Assembly (NCBI GenBank): GCA_037834085.1
Contig: JBBMKC010197275.1
Location: 1-35,906, forward strand
Direction: 5' to 3'
Length of the DNA stretch: 35,906 nucleotides
Source: Bipalium vagum
Lineage: Eukaryota
The notes under the pieces are model-generated. The model did not search any database. It saw only the letters and a program-made list of their open reading frames with translations, and was not told the DNA's origin. The translations under genes were made by a program, and so were the position numbers. Shown here in pieces: positions 1 to 12,861 of this stretch (position 1 is the first letter of the stretch; each line of letters starts with the position of its first letter).

Positions 1-1281
1 TTAATGACCACACTCTATGGATCAATCCTTTAATTAGACCATTTTTATATTTCTCCTCACAAAAACTACTGTTTGAGATATATAATCCAGTGTCTGTTAT
101 TATTATAGTTATTGATTCTCACTATTTTTGATTTGTTTATCTTTCTCTAGCTTGTTTAAACTAACTGATCGATATACTTCAATATAAAATTTTTGGTATG
201 AGATTTACATATCATGAGTGATTATTTAAATTATCACTAATTGGAAGAATTTTTGGTACTGTCATTTTATATGCGGAAATTTATTTAGAACAACTTTCGA
301 CCATTAAAACAAGAAAAACAAAATTTTTAATTATAATATATAAAGTCAGTGGTGAAATATTCTTAGCTACCAACAATTCACAAGAATGAATAGTTGAAGC
401 TTTTTTCAGCTTTACTTTATGATCAATTAAACTTTAATTACAATTTCCAATCTAAATCATGATATGATATTATGGTTATGCTTACTTATTATTAGATGAG
501 AATTTCATAATGAAAAATTGTCATCTTTCAATAATATAATGTGGTTTTATTATGAAAAGATATAATTTTTTAATGATTCATTTAAATATCAGTTTTAAAA
601 ATAAAAATCAATAAATAATCAAAGCTTTCAGTGCTCCATTGAGAACATTTAGAATAAAATTATCTAAATAAAGCGCTTCATTAAACTATTTAAATCATCT
701 TTGATTTACTGGTTTTATTATTACAATGGAATTTGATGATTTTTGGCATTGTCAGAATTATTAAACGGCAATAAATCTTCTTTTATTTTAAGATTAAATT
801 CTGAACTTTAGCAGAGATTAGTATACTTTGCGGTTAATGTGAAGTTATGGTTTTAATAATAATTAATAATAAATCAAAACAAGTATCTTCAATTGGTACT
901 ATTCATTTCCTTTTTAGCTATGACTAACAAAAATATCCCTTATTAACTTAATAATTAAATTATTTCTAATTAAATAATGAGTTACTTAATGATTTCCTAT
1001 ACATTTTCAAAATATTTTCTTGATTATTTTTGCTCAGTTTTGTACCATGTATTGATTTTTTAACGTGACAGTTAACATAATTGACTTCTGAGGATGTTCA
1101 ACCCGTAATTAATTTATTATGAATGTATTATGAACTCTAAATTATGACATGAATCTTTATAAAACCGGTATTACTATAGATAAATATTACTTAACGCTGA
1201 TTTTTTGTAAGGCAAATTAGTTCTTATTAATAAAATTAAACTAATAATAATTTAATTGATTATAATAAATAAATTTTCCAG

Positions 1282-4200
1282 ACCAATGTAAATTTGGAAA
1301 TAAAGGCTTTATTGAATGAAGAAAAATTGAAGAATTCCACTTTGAATCACGATAAAGTGATGCTGGAGACCGATATTTCCACACTGAGAAAGGTAATCAG
1401 TAAAGACAATGAAGCGATCACTACTATGGAAATAAAACTGCAGCAGTATGAGCTGAATTTTGCGTTAGTGTGATCTGTTCTAATTATAAGAATTCTAATG
1501 TGTCCTTTAGCGAAAAATCTACCAAAAATCAATCACAGTCCGAAACATCAAATTGTGTATCCAAAATTGAAAATGAGGAATTAAACAAAGTAAGCATGAA
1601 CAATTTACTATTGATATAATAATATAGTAAGAAATGACGATAATATAAATAAACGCAGTTCTTTTAATTATGAATTATTAATAATTATTTCTGAGAATTG
1701 GTTATGACAATATATAACACACACATTCAGCACTTCTTATTGTTATTATCGACATCTTTGAGTACTTTACTGCATTCTGTAAATAAGAGAGACTAAAACA
1801 CATTTGATTAACTTTTCATTATTTTTAATTAGATACTTTTATCTGAAAATATTCTTGTCAAACTAATATAATTGAATATTATTTATTTATTGATTGTTAT
1901 ATTATTAATATTAGATTATATGAATTTATGGATCTTATTGAGTAAAGCTTTTTAGATATTGTTGTGGTATCTAAATTTAAAAATTTGACATTAATGTTTT
2001 TCTTAATGTTCTTAATCAAAAGTTGATTTTTAATTGAGATATTTTTTCAATTATTTAAAAAATTGATTTGTAAGAAAATATCTTGAGTTTAAATTATTAC
2101 AGGGGTTTATGTGAAAAATCAATAATAATAATAGAATATGTGAAGAATATTTATTAATCAAATTTTATTATTGATTTTTATTTATTATTATTATTATTAT
2201 TCAATATTTTCGATGAAAACAACTTTTCTTAAAATCTTAAAATTAAGGAAAATTGATATTAGGTGCTTTCATATGAAATTTCCGACCGAGAAAAATGTTA
2301 AAGTAGAAATGGATTATGAATAATTTACAAAAATTTATCCAATAAAATAAGTGAATCTTTTGAATCAATTTTTTGTTAGCTGCAATCTGGTCAACATACC
2401 TTTTTTTGAAAAGATCTTTACTTTTATCTTTCCAAGTTTTGGAAGCCCGAAATTATAAAGTCCTGGCTGATGTAGTACTGATTTCCCTCAAAATTGAAAA
2501 TTGATAGATGAGAGGTCTGACTCATTTGATGAGTAGCAAGAATTTCGTATCCAATTTCCCTTCATTTCGCTACAATAATTTATGTAACATGGGTTCTGTC
2601 GTTGTGGTGCAGCGGAATAAGTTAATGGCTATTTACTAAAGAAGTTCCCTGTGACAGGATTCGGCTGTAATAGTTTTACCAGGTTCGAAGAATTATTATT
2701 ATTCGTTTCACAACCATACAGTTATTATAATTCTGTTTTTTCATGAGTGCTTGAGGCTTCAAAATTTTCCAGTCATTGTCTTTTTCGTTTGAGATTATCA
2801 TAAAGAATCCATATTCATGACAAGTTATAATGTATTTCAAAAATGGAACAGTGTGATAACTTTTAAGTAACAATTTTATCTATAGTCGTCGAATTTTTAT
2901 GAATCTATGTCCATAACCCGTTTTCATCTTTCCAATTTTTTAAATAAGATGAATTATAATTTCTGTGGATTCATGAAATTTCTGAAGATGATACAGGAAA
3001 GCAATTGATGGATCATGTTTAACCTCTACTTGTAAAACCTCATCTGTCAGCAGTTTTCTATGAGATGTCTTTCTCGGGCAAAAATCGACTTAGAAGAAGT
3101 TTCATAACCATTGCCATCCCTGTGTATTTCTAGTTCATATCTAGTCTGAATATCTTATTGATTTATTTGATTGTTAGTTATTGTTTCAATAAGACCAATT
3201 TTGAAATAAAAAAGAAACCCACAAGAAGATCAAATAAACCAATACCCTTAACAATATCATCCATAGTCAAGTTGTTAACATTTCATATGAGAATACGTTT
3301 GATAAGTCCAGATAAAAATTTATAGTGAACTTTATTACTTATTTAATTCATTTTAGTCGATAAATTAAGGAAATACTTTGAAATGGTAATGTTAAATCAA
3401 AATCCACAAACGAGTAATTTTCTTTTCAATTGTGATATCAATTAAAAAATTTTAACTTAATATCAATTTTTAAGACTCAAATTGAGAGAAATATCGATAA
3501 ATCGTAGTTAATCGAAAAATAGATAATCGATGTCATCACAATTTAAGAATTTTATTGTGATTATTGATTTATTTCTTTAGTAAGAGATATTTTTCAAATT
3601 GGATTTTATTTTTAAGAAAAAGTATTAATCTAGCACAATTGACAATTTTAATTGACCATCAAATAACCCCTTTCAAACTGCACAACTCACTACATGTCAG
3701 AAATAAAAAATTCTTTAATTGTACTCAGGAATTGGGAAAAGTTTCAGATATTTAGTGATTCTCTATATTTACCAATATATTGTTATGATATGTTCAAAGT
3801 TAATTCCTGACTTTCGAACGAGAATTTCTGTTGATAACTGGTTTAATTTTATAAAGACTGTAGATAAATGGCACATGAGTATTTTCCTGTTATGTAAATC
3901 TTTTGTGTTGTAGGAAAATTTTAACACTTGTAACGATGGAAAAGTACTGAAGGAACATTATGAAAGTGAAATTTTTAGTTTGAAATCGGAAATAGAAAAG
4001 CTTAAAAAGTATAGCACCAATGAGAAAAAGTCCATTTCACATTTGGAGTCAACTGTAAAAAGCGGTGTCAAAGAGCTGCTGGAAGCTAAAGTATGGTTTT
4101 CGAAGTAAAAAGCGTCATTTGAACACTTAGTTGTACTTATCTAGTCAGAAATCGATGATTTGAAAAGGAGACTGGAGGAGAGTGAAGTGAAAAATATCGA

Positions 4201-4723
4201 CGAGATCAAATTGAGACAGTTGGCTCAAGATGAAAAAGATCAGATTTGCAAAGAATTGTCTGCTAATCACGAGCAATTGGAAAAGTTACGGATACAAGTT
4301 TCGGATATGTACAATGAGAAAATCCATCTTAGCGATACAGTTACCAAGGTATTTGTATTGTATCAGTAACATACATGACTTTGTGTGGTTCTGTGGTTCT
4401 GTTTTTTTCATAGAACAAACAAAAGGAACGAAGCTTGAACCAAGAAATCGAAGAATTAAAAGAAAAAATTGATTTCTTGGAAAAAGAAAATCTTGTCTTA
4501 AACGAAAATCTTTACACTTCAGAACACAAGAACTTCGGTAACAATAACTTGAATGTGGAAATGTCCAAGAAAATTAGCGATCTAGAATCAGTAATGTGAG
4601 AAAATAATTTTTAATCTATTTTTTAAAAATAATTTTTCTTGTCTCTTTCCGTTGTCTTTGTGTGTTCATATTTATAATTTATTTAATTTCACACTGATAG
4701 ATTGATACTTTGATAAATTGTTA

Positions 4724-4786
<63 letters not shown>

Positions 4787-7700
4787 TTGTTCATTCACTT
4801 GATATTCTATATTTAAAAAACAATGAGGAGTTTTACAATTTTTTAGTAAGCTAAAAGTTAATTAAAGTTCACCAGTTATGCTTATGTTGCCGAAATGAAT
4901 TGAAACTCAAAAATGATAAAAAGTATTCAGTTATTTGGTACGAGATGTATGCAGAACGTTTGTCTAAATATCAAACTAGTTTGAAAATAAGACGGTTTAT
5001 TTTGTGAAAATTTTAAATTGGAAATGCGCAAAATTATAAATTTATGGCATATATATTATTTATTGTAGAATATAATAAAATAAATCAAGACTGTAAGATT
5101 TCACAGAAAATATATACAGGGAAACCTGTGAAAGTCTGAACTCCAAAGAATAATGGTTTTTTCCGAGTACAAGGCAGATTATGTAAGAGTTTTGTCAGTT
5201 ATGCAACACTGTGAAAATGATAAGCTATATGAAGTGAAAATAGTTTAAATAGCTTAAATATTTATTTAGGAAAAAATCATCAAGTTTGGCTTAGCGTTGG
5301 ATAGGGAATTTTTTATGCAAATCGACGTAGATTTAAACAGTCTTTTGGTCGATCGCATCGTATAAAAACTATTTTATTTCCAATAGTTTTATCGACATTT
5401 TCGGATTTATTGTAATTAATTTGATGTTTTGATGAATTAATTCATCTTTTTAAACGAGATTTTCAGTTTGATTTTAAGTTTTATTTACATTAATTGATTT
5501 TATGAAATCGATTGAGTTTCATCAAGGAATTGTCTGCCATTATTCAATGATCTGTCGTGTTTTGCCAATTTTGTGATAGTTAATAAAAATAAACAAAATC
5601 GATCAGTATGAATCGATTTTGTGAAGCTCAATAAAATGTTATTTTTAGATATATAGCCAAAGATGATGTAAAAGGCAAGGAAACTTGAACGGTAATGATT
5701 TTTTTAGGCGAAAGGTATTAAAGTAAAGGTTATGTGTGAGCGGTGATCATGGGATATATGTTTGGATTTGAGTTTTAATTTTTATCAGAAATCTATAAAA
5801 CAATTTATTCTCTAATATAATCAATTAATGTTAAATTTCAAATATTTAATTCCCCAAGGAAACGTGTTTTTTTATCGATTATAAAATTCGATTCAACGGG
5901 TTTTATATTTTATGATTAAAATTTTCAATGTCACCTTTTTGTTATTTATTGAGTCCAAAAATAATCCTGAGTTTTATAATGAGGATAACTCAATGCTCAA
6001 CTTTCGATCGTCCATAGAAATGTTTAACTATTATTGATTACAGTAAAAATATTTCCGAAAACGATGTGAAATATTAAAAATAGTCAATTTGAAAAAAAAA
6101 TCAGAATTATTATTATATTACATTTTGCTACCTCATAAATTATTTTATTGATTTTACGATTTATTTTTCTTCATGTGTTCCTTGTACAAGAAATTTTTAT
6201 TTGACTCAAAAATATTTGCATTGATTTGGAACTCTCTTCAGTCAAAAGGTCAATTCAAACTTAAAATCAGAAAAAGATGCTCACATGTTACTCATTACCA
6301 AATATGCCACTCTTCATTCGGAGTTGGAATATATGCGCCAGGTCCGTTTGTTATGTTCTCGTGAAAAGGGTATCAATTGATCTTTTTCCATTTACAGAAA
6401 CAGGACGATTTTAGAAATCTTAATTACGAAATGGAGGCTCTTCAATCGATGTATGAAAATATATTTATGTTTGATGTTGAATAAAATAATAATGTTTAAT
6501 TTTGTTAAACACAGGGCTGCCAATTTTGACAATGAAAAAAAGTCTTTATTGGAAAATTATGAGCTGAAGAACAAGGAATTATTGATTGTCAGAGAGCGAC
6601 TGTTGAAAATATCCCAAGAGGTTTTGCTCGAATTTATTTTTCTGTGATAATAAAAGATTGATTATTTTGTGATAAATTCTGCCAGTTTGAAGATTTGCAA
6701 GAATCTCACAAAAGTTATATTCAAAAAACCGATCGGGAAAAGCGAATCTCAGCTGACAAAATCAGAAAACTGGAAAAGCAGTTGGATGAACCTGATAAAA
6801 AAAGTCAATTTTCTCATTCAGGTTGGTTTTGAAACAGATTAAGTATTTAATTTATGTAATGGAATGATATTGTTTTCAAAATTTGGTAGTAGAAGTGGGT
6901 ATAGTGAGTCGCAAAATGTCTATCAGTTTAAAGTCTTACCTATTTCTTTAATTCTTCGGTTGTAAAAAATATTTTAAAAGATCATTCTACTTTGTATTTA
7001 TTATCATAGACAAAAAAGCTTGGTATAGAAATTAATGTTTTAGAGAGAAATAAAAATATTAAGAATTTCTTTATTGATTTTGTTTAAAACATGATAAACT
7101 GATTATATTAATTTGTTTAATTATTAAATTGATTATAATTGATTATAGTAGTGTAGTATTAGTATTTAGTTTGATTAAATTTTTTCATTTAATATTTATA
7201 CATTTTAGAAATTGATATTAAATCTTAATTTAGTAATACTAAATTTTTTTAAAAAAAAAGTATTATATGACACATTCTGTAATGTGTGGGTAAAATGTTC
7301 ATTTTTTATATCAGTTTTATCTTTATTACCATTTATTCCCATGGAATACTTTCATTAATCATAATTCAAAAATTGTCGTGCCGTAAATTCCGGATCTGAA
7401 ATTATGTCATTATTCGTAATTGAAGCTTTCCACTAGCATCAGTGATGAAATTTATCTTTTTGAAATTTTGAGTTTTTATTTGAAATTTTAGTGAAATTCG
7501 ATTTTATTGATATTTAATCTAAAATTTATTGATTTCTTAATTAATTCCAATAAATAATGATACAGTCAATAGCCCAGTTAACTCGCCAGTTATTTATTTA
7601 ATATTTCATGATTGATGAAAGTTTATTTAGCTTTATATAGACAAATTCTGGTTTTTATGAAAAATATTTTTTCTGGTGATAATATTAATTTTATAATGTA

Positions 7701-8692
7701 AAATATCAATTTTTTGTGAAAATAAATATGTTTAGATCTTAATATTTTTTTACGGTTTTATGGCTTTTTTCTGAATATTTTAGACTTAATAAAAATCTCA
7801 CTGATTTTTACAAAGTTTTTTTTACATGATATCAAATTTATCATCTAATAACTGAAAAACATTTCTTTTCAAGAATTTTGATAAAACAGAGGTTTCTATG
7901 ATTATATTGATAATCTTATTAATTAAGTCTCGTTATGAATTATAATTAAAAAAAGTATTAATAATATTAAATTTTGAAAAAATTCTTTAAATAAAATAGT
8001 TTTAAAGTTTGTAATGCCGAATAATTTTTTCTAAAGAGAAAAGTTATTCACTTAAATTATCTTTTTTCAATGTCTATATAAAGGAATATTAATTCTTAAA
8101 TTTAAAATTGATTGTTTTATAATCAATAATTTTAAATTTTTATAAGTTGCAATATATTATTGATCTTAATTTTAATTTATAATCTTAACCAAATGATTTT
8201 TTGTGCCATTTTTAGATAGTCACAGTGATAAACGTAAGTCTGACGGCAAAGACCAGCTGGCTGTTTTGAAAGCAGCGAAAGAAAATGCTGAAGAACAGAT
8301 AACATTTCTCAATTTGGTCATTGTGGAAAGAGAAAAAAAATTTAAATTATTAGAATTAGAAAACGAAGGCCTTAAGAATAAGGTTGTCGATATGGAAAAT
8401 CAGAACACGTAAGGCAATCTGTGAAAATGAAATCATTACTTTCCGTATTTATAGGACAGTAAAGCCAAATAAAATTGTGCCTCCTAGGCTGTATTGCGAT
8501 GTTTGTGAGTTGTTTGACTCCCATGACACGGACCAGTGTCCAGTTCCGTCAAGCGGAAGTCCTCAATCATCTCCGGTGACAAAAACCAGACTGAGTAACG
8601 AGAAAAAAAGACCTCCGCGTCTGTACTGCGACATTTGCGAATTGTTTGATCTGCATAACACTTCAGACTGTCAAGATGAGCAGACATTTTAG
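1282..8692 (+). CDS. CLIP1: CLIP-170/restin-like cytoplasmic linker protein, 5'-partial (coiled coil plus C-terminal zinc knuckles)
   Basis: Hand-assembled in-frame exons with GT-AG introns: 1282-1463, 1511-1589, 3914-4090, 4145-4348, 4414-4590, 6398-6450, 6515-6620, 6686-6821, 8216-8408, 8455-8692. The protein is a long E/K/L-rich coiled coil, then 'QITFLNLVIVE' (cf. CLIP QIDFLNSVIVD), two CCHC knuckles (PRLYCDVCELFDSHDTDQC and PRLYCDICELFDLHNTSDC) and an acidic-aromatic tail (DEQTF*) like CLIP-170 DDETF. No CAP-Gly exons were found, so they probably lie upstream of the window. Confidence 0.9.
2259..3300 (-). mobile_element. Decayed mariner DNA transposon in a CLIP intron
   Basis: Degenerate inverted ends: AGGTGCTTTCATATGAAAT at 2261 and ATTTCATATGAGAATACGT near 3280-3298. 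Broken minus-strand motifs PFLKYIITCHE (cf. FLxRIVTGDE), LHHNDRTHV (cf. LHDNARPH) and IGYEIL..SDLSSINF (cf. WEVLPHPPYSPDLAPSDF), with many stops and frameshifts. Confidence 0.7.
4728..4786. repeat. (TTA)n microsatellite
   Basis: About 19 perfect TTA units. Confidence 0.95.
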
Positions 8693-8768
8693 AGGATAAA
8701 TATGGCCAAATTTACTCAATATCCCTCATTTTTGTTTTGGTTATGTACATTTCATCATTAGATTTTGT

Positions 8769-8774
8769 AATAAA
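8769..8774 (+). promoter_or_regulatory. Putative polyadenylation signal of the CLIP1-like gene
   Basis: AATAAA about 77 nt after the stop codon, followed by T/GT-rich sequence. Such hexamers are common in AT-rich DNA. Confidence 0.45.
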
Positions 8775-9747
8775 TCGAGTTCATTTTTCTATTTCGGTTT
8801 TATGTTGTTTTTGAAAATTTTCCGCTGAAATTAAATGGATGTTTGAGAACGAAGATGAATTGGTGTCAGAGTCTTTTGGTTTATAATATTTTTATTAATA
8901 AATTGTTTATTTTTACACTATTTGAAGAAGAATATAAAATATGTAAGATGGAAATTATCTAAAGTAATTAAATGATTAAAAAAGAATAAAATCATATGAA
9001 AATAACATTTTATAGTTTTTGAAAAATTTATTTATATTTTAATGATATTTTTTGAGTTATATAAATTTTGATTAGATTATATGAATATTGAACAAAGAAA
9101 TTATTTTTTAAGCTAATAAAAAACCTTATAATTACTAAATAATATTAGAAAATTTTCTATTATTGTTTCTAATTCCTGTTCATCCAAAAATTTTTGTAGT
9201 GCCTGAAAAAATTCTGAAATCTTGAAACATCTGGAAGACCTGAAAAGATATAATTTGTTCGTTCTCTTTAAATGAATATAAAAATTAGAATTAATTAATC
9301 ACATTAAAAGTAGCTTATTATTTTTGATGTGCTCCTCATACTTAAGCTAGAGGGGTGTTTTTTACCATATTTGAAATGTCACTTAGTCTTTGTAGTCAAT
9401 GCTTTTCATTATTCTGTTAACATTTCCTATAGAAGAATATTTGATATAATTATAAAAAAACTTTTTCTGATTCAATTTTATTTTAATGACTTAAAGTACA
9501 CAAATTCTTGATCCCTCTCTTTATGGTCTTCATTTTATTAATTTTCTCTCCTCATGTACTTATTTGTAAACTTTACTTTTTAAGCTGAAACAGTTTTTAT
9601 CTGAATATTTTAAAATAAGTCAAAAGAAAATCGACGAAAAATAAGTAAGAAACACAAAAAATTTATTTTTTCAGAAAGTTTTCATAAAAACTTGTGGAAT
9701 ATAAATAAAAAAAACTGGTTTGCAGAAAAATTAAATCATTTTTTAAC

Positions 9748-10024
9748 CTCTCGCCAACAGATTTTCATTTCTTTAAGGCTTTGGACAATATCTTGGTCAA
9801 TAGGTGCTTCGAAACCCGAGCCGATGCTGAAATGGCCTTTGATGAGTTTGTTGCCTCCAGGAACAAAGACTTTTATTCCACAGGCATAAATAAACTCATT
9901 ACTCGTTGGCAGAAATGTATTGACTCGCATGGAAATTATTTTGATTAATAAAGTTTTTTTTCCATTAGTTATGATGTTTTTACTTTTATAGCTGTAAAAC
10001 GACCTTATTTTTGCACCAACCTAA
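9748..10024 (+). mobile_element. 3' fragment of a cecropia-subfamily (Hsmar1-like) mariner with its right TIR
   Basis: 9748-9948 reads LSPTDFHFFKALDNILVNRCFETRADAEMAFDEFVASRNKDFYSTGINKLITRWQKCIDSHGNYFD*. The terminal TTTTGCACCAACCTAA followed by TA is the reverse complement of the TTAGGTTGGTGCAAAA TIR core. Confidence 0.92.
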
Positions 10025-10249
10025 TATTTAAAACAGTCATTGGGTTGCAAAGGCACGAACAGTTGACCTAGAGACTACTAAGGGTCTATAATGATATTAA
10101 TGTGTGTAACAACAATTTTGCGAAAAATAATGAAACCCTAAATAAATAAAAAAATTTATAAAAAAATTAATTTTTTTAAGAAATACAGAACATTAAGTTA
10201 GAATAAAATTTATTATAAAACAGAAATGGGACCACTGTCTGCCATTTTC

Positions 10250-11130
10250 CTTTAAGATTTTTATATTAGCCATCATGCTTTGGAAGATACTAAAATCAAA
10301 CTCTTTTCTTGCAATTTTGCACTGCGTTATTTTTGACGTTGCGTTATTGGCTTCCAATCTATTTTTGTATACTTCTTTGTTTCAACAAGGCCCAAAATGT
10401 TTCTATTGGCCTCGCCTGTGGAACATTTGGAGAATTGTCATTTTGATTTCAACAAATCGATCACTGTTTTTGCGTAATGAAATGAAGCTAGGTCCGACTA
10501 AAAGAAAATGTCGTTATTATAATTATATTTCCTTATTAAGGAACTGATACTTATAGGAGACACTTACTCCTATAAGTATCAGCATTTAATACTTCACCTT
10601 TTACTATTCCATAAAAAGGAGTGGAAATTCCTTTCTCTGATATGGAACGCAAAACTAAAACTTTTTGTGGAAATTTCGTTTTAGGAGTAAAACGGACATG
10701 AAACTGACTGCAACTTATTTTATCAGTGTAAAAACCACAACTTCCGCTAGCTGTTTGAAAATGTGAAATATTTCTCATCAATTATGATCACCTTTCTACT
10801 GGTGAAGTGCTTCAGTCGCATTGCTGGACATTTTGGTATATTTTCAATTTTTGCATCAGTGTATTTTGGAATTTTTTTAGCTTGCGATATTTTAAGCTCT
10901 TTTTCTTTATACCTTGACTAATTTTCATATGTGTCACCCTATATTTCTTGACTAATGTGCGCGTAGACACTCCAATTTTGTTTTTGGCAGTTTATGCCAG
11001 AATTCTCTGTTTTGATGGGTCCAAAGCATGAGGTCTACCACTTTTCTTCTTTAATTAGACTGAGATATTGTTTTTGCAATCATAAATTGCGCGAAATATA
11101 TTTCACTTTTCATCTCCTGCAATAATGCAC
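10250..11130 (-). mobile_element. Decayed Tc1/mariner-superfamily transposase
   Basis: Minus-strand fragments ISEKGISTPFY..LNADTYRSKCL, SDLASFHYAKTVIDLL and NSPNVPQARPIEHF match the DDE region of Tc1-like transposases. Frameshifted, ends not resolved. Confidence 0.75.
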
Positions 11131-11236
11131 CTCCAAAAGCGGTTGTCTTTTGGATTCTGAGATAATTCGAGTCAAAGATCAATTCGACGCTTGACTTGAT
11201 TATCTGTCGATTCATGGGGAACTCGGAGTGGATTTT

Positions 11237-11750
11237 TATTTACAAACCCATGCTATACAGATGAAGAACGATTTTGCTTTGAGAATGGTTGAGCTTCTCT
11301 GACAGCCTTGGGGTTCTTGTACTGGGCTGCTGCTCTACTAGGGCACAAAACTCTTTCTTGTTCACCACCGATGGTCGACCTAAACGTTCCTGATCTTCAA
11401 GACCGGTATCTCCATGATTAAATCGACGAAACCACCTCTGAACCGTATTTTTCTTGAGCAACTGCCTACCTTCCACATAAAAATTTCTCGAATCGCAGCT
11501 ATAGCTGATAGACCTTTTGCCAATAATTATCTAATAGGATCCGAATTATTGCTTTTTCTTCAATCATTCTAACTGTAAAATTAAATGAATGGGATTTTAT
11601 AAATTTAACTTTTAAAATGTACATTACATTCTCCTTTTCAAGGGTTTTTAAATGATACAAAATTTTTCAGATAAATATTATTATTAAATGATATGGTAAA
11701 ACAAGAACTTTAAATAACTAAAAACATGAATAACTTTTGACTCAACCTGG
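11237..11750 (-). mobile_element. 5' fragment of a mariner element (TIR plus N-terminal HTH)
   Basis: TIR TA|CCAGGTTGAGTCAAAAGTT on the minus strand ending at 11750. ATG at 11567, then a frameshift, then TVQRWFRRFNHGDTGLEDQERLGRPS (cf. mariner WFxRFxxGDFxLEDxxRSGRP). Confidence 0.85.
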
Positions 11751-12861
11751 TACTTATGGTTGAAATATTTTTTTTCCTTATTTATCTCAGCAATTTGGAG
11801 TCTTAGCATGCTTCCAATCAATTGATATATACTATTATTATTTGCAATACAATCATACGGATAATTATTGGAGTAAGTGTACCTTTTCTTAATTCTAATT
11901 TTGAAGTAATTTCAAATAATATTAATATTCAAAGACAATAGAGATTTTGTGTTGTTTTCTTTTAATTAAAAGCCAATAGTTTTTAGTTGGGTAGTTTTTT
12001 ATTATTTTATTTAATTAACCTATTTTAGTTACTCTAGTGTATTTAAATGGAATTTTAACATTTTTTGTGATTTTGATTGTTTTTTATTGTGCATTTAATA
12101 ATTGTAATAACAATTTTTGTGATTGTTTCGATTTATTTTGGTGCGAACAGAAGTAAAAGTTACATTGAATTTATTTTGATTCCACAGGTTTCCTTGATAA
12201 TTTAAATTTAACAAACACGTTATTAACAAAGTGAGGAATTAGGGAAGTTTGACCAAAAGGTTACATATTTCGATTAACGAAAATAGTAAAAAAAATATTA
12301 TGTTAGAGAATTTTTTAAATTTCCGCCTAGAATATTTTCTTAGCTATCTTAAAATAGTTTTCAATTTTCTGTTTTTATTTATCAAATTTTTAGAGCATAC
12401 ACTTCTGTCATTTTATGTCATAATATTTTTCCTTTTTTCAAATGTATTTATCCTTGTACTCTTGTTTTTCACTTATGTTAATTTTATTTTCATAAAATGT
12501 CAATTTCTTATTTTATTAATATATTTTTAATTTTTTTAAAAATCAGACTTTACTGTGTATGTTGTGCACTTAATTAAAAATTTTGAAAAATTATTGATGT
12601 AAAAGATATATTAAACAAGTCTCGAAATAAAATTATTTCAAAAACTAATAAAATTCTTTTTTAATGCACAAAATACCTTAAAATAATAATCTTTTTCAAA
12701 AAATCAATTATCCGAAGATTTATTTATGAAAATAATAAAAAAATATTTTGTGTTAACTTTTTAATCATATTTGGCAATAAGTACATGTTTATTAATATTA
12801 ACAATAAAAATAAGTTTTCTGTAGAATTACAACCTGATTTAAAATGTAGACATTGATTGTC

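Noticed and set aside
3719-3913. Possible alternative first exon of CLIP1
   Set aside because: The frame ends at the TAG that serves as the splice acceptor, and there is no convincing donor or homology.
5117-5800. Possible pogo TIR (CAGGGAAACCTG) or Helitron helicase fragment
   Set aside because: No partner TIR was found and the peptide similarity is too weak to call.
8484-8687. Minus-strand 67-aa ORF
   Set aside because: Antisense shadow of the last CLIP1 exon.
9692-9930. Two ORF-track entries over the mariner fragment
   Set aside because: Wrong frame or strand; the transposase frame is 9748-9948 on +.
12249-12530. Hydrophobic 93-aa ORF resembling a membrane protein
   Set aside because: F/L/I richness is expected from T-rich DNA and there are no motifs. 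The same applies to 17204-17446, 22290-22553 and 23520-23834.
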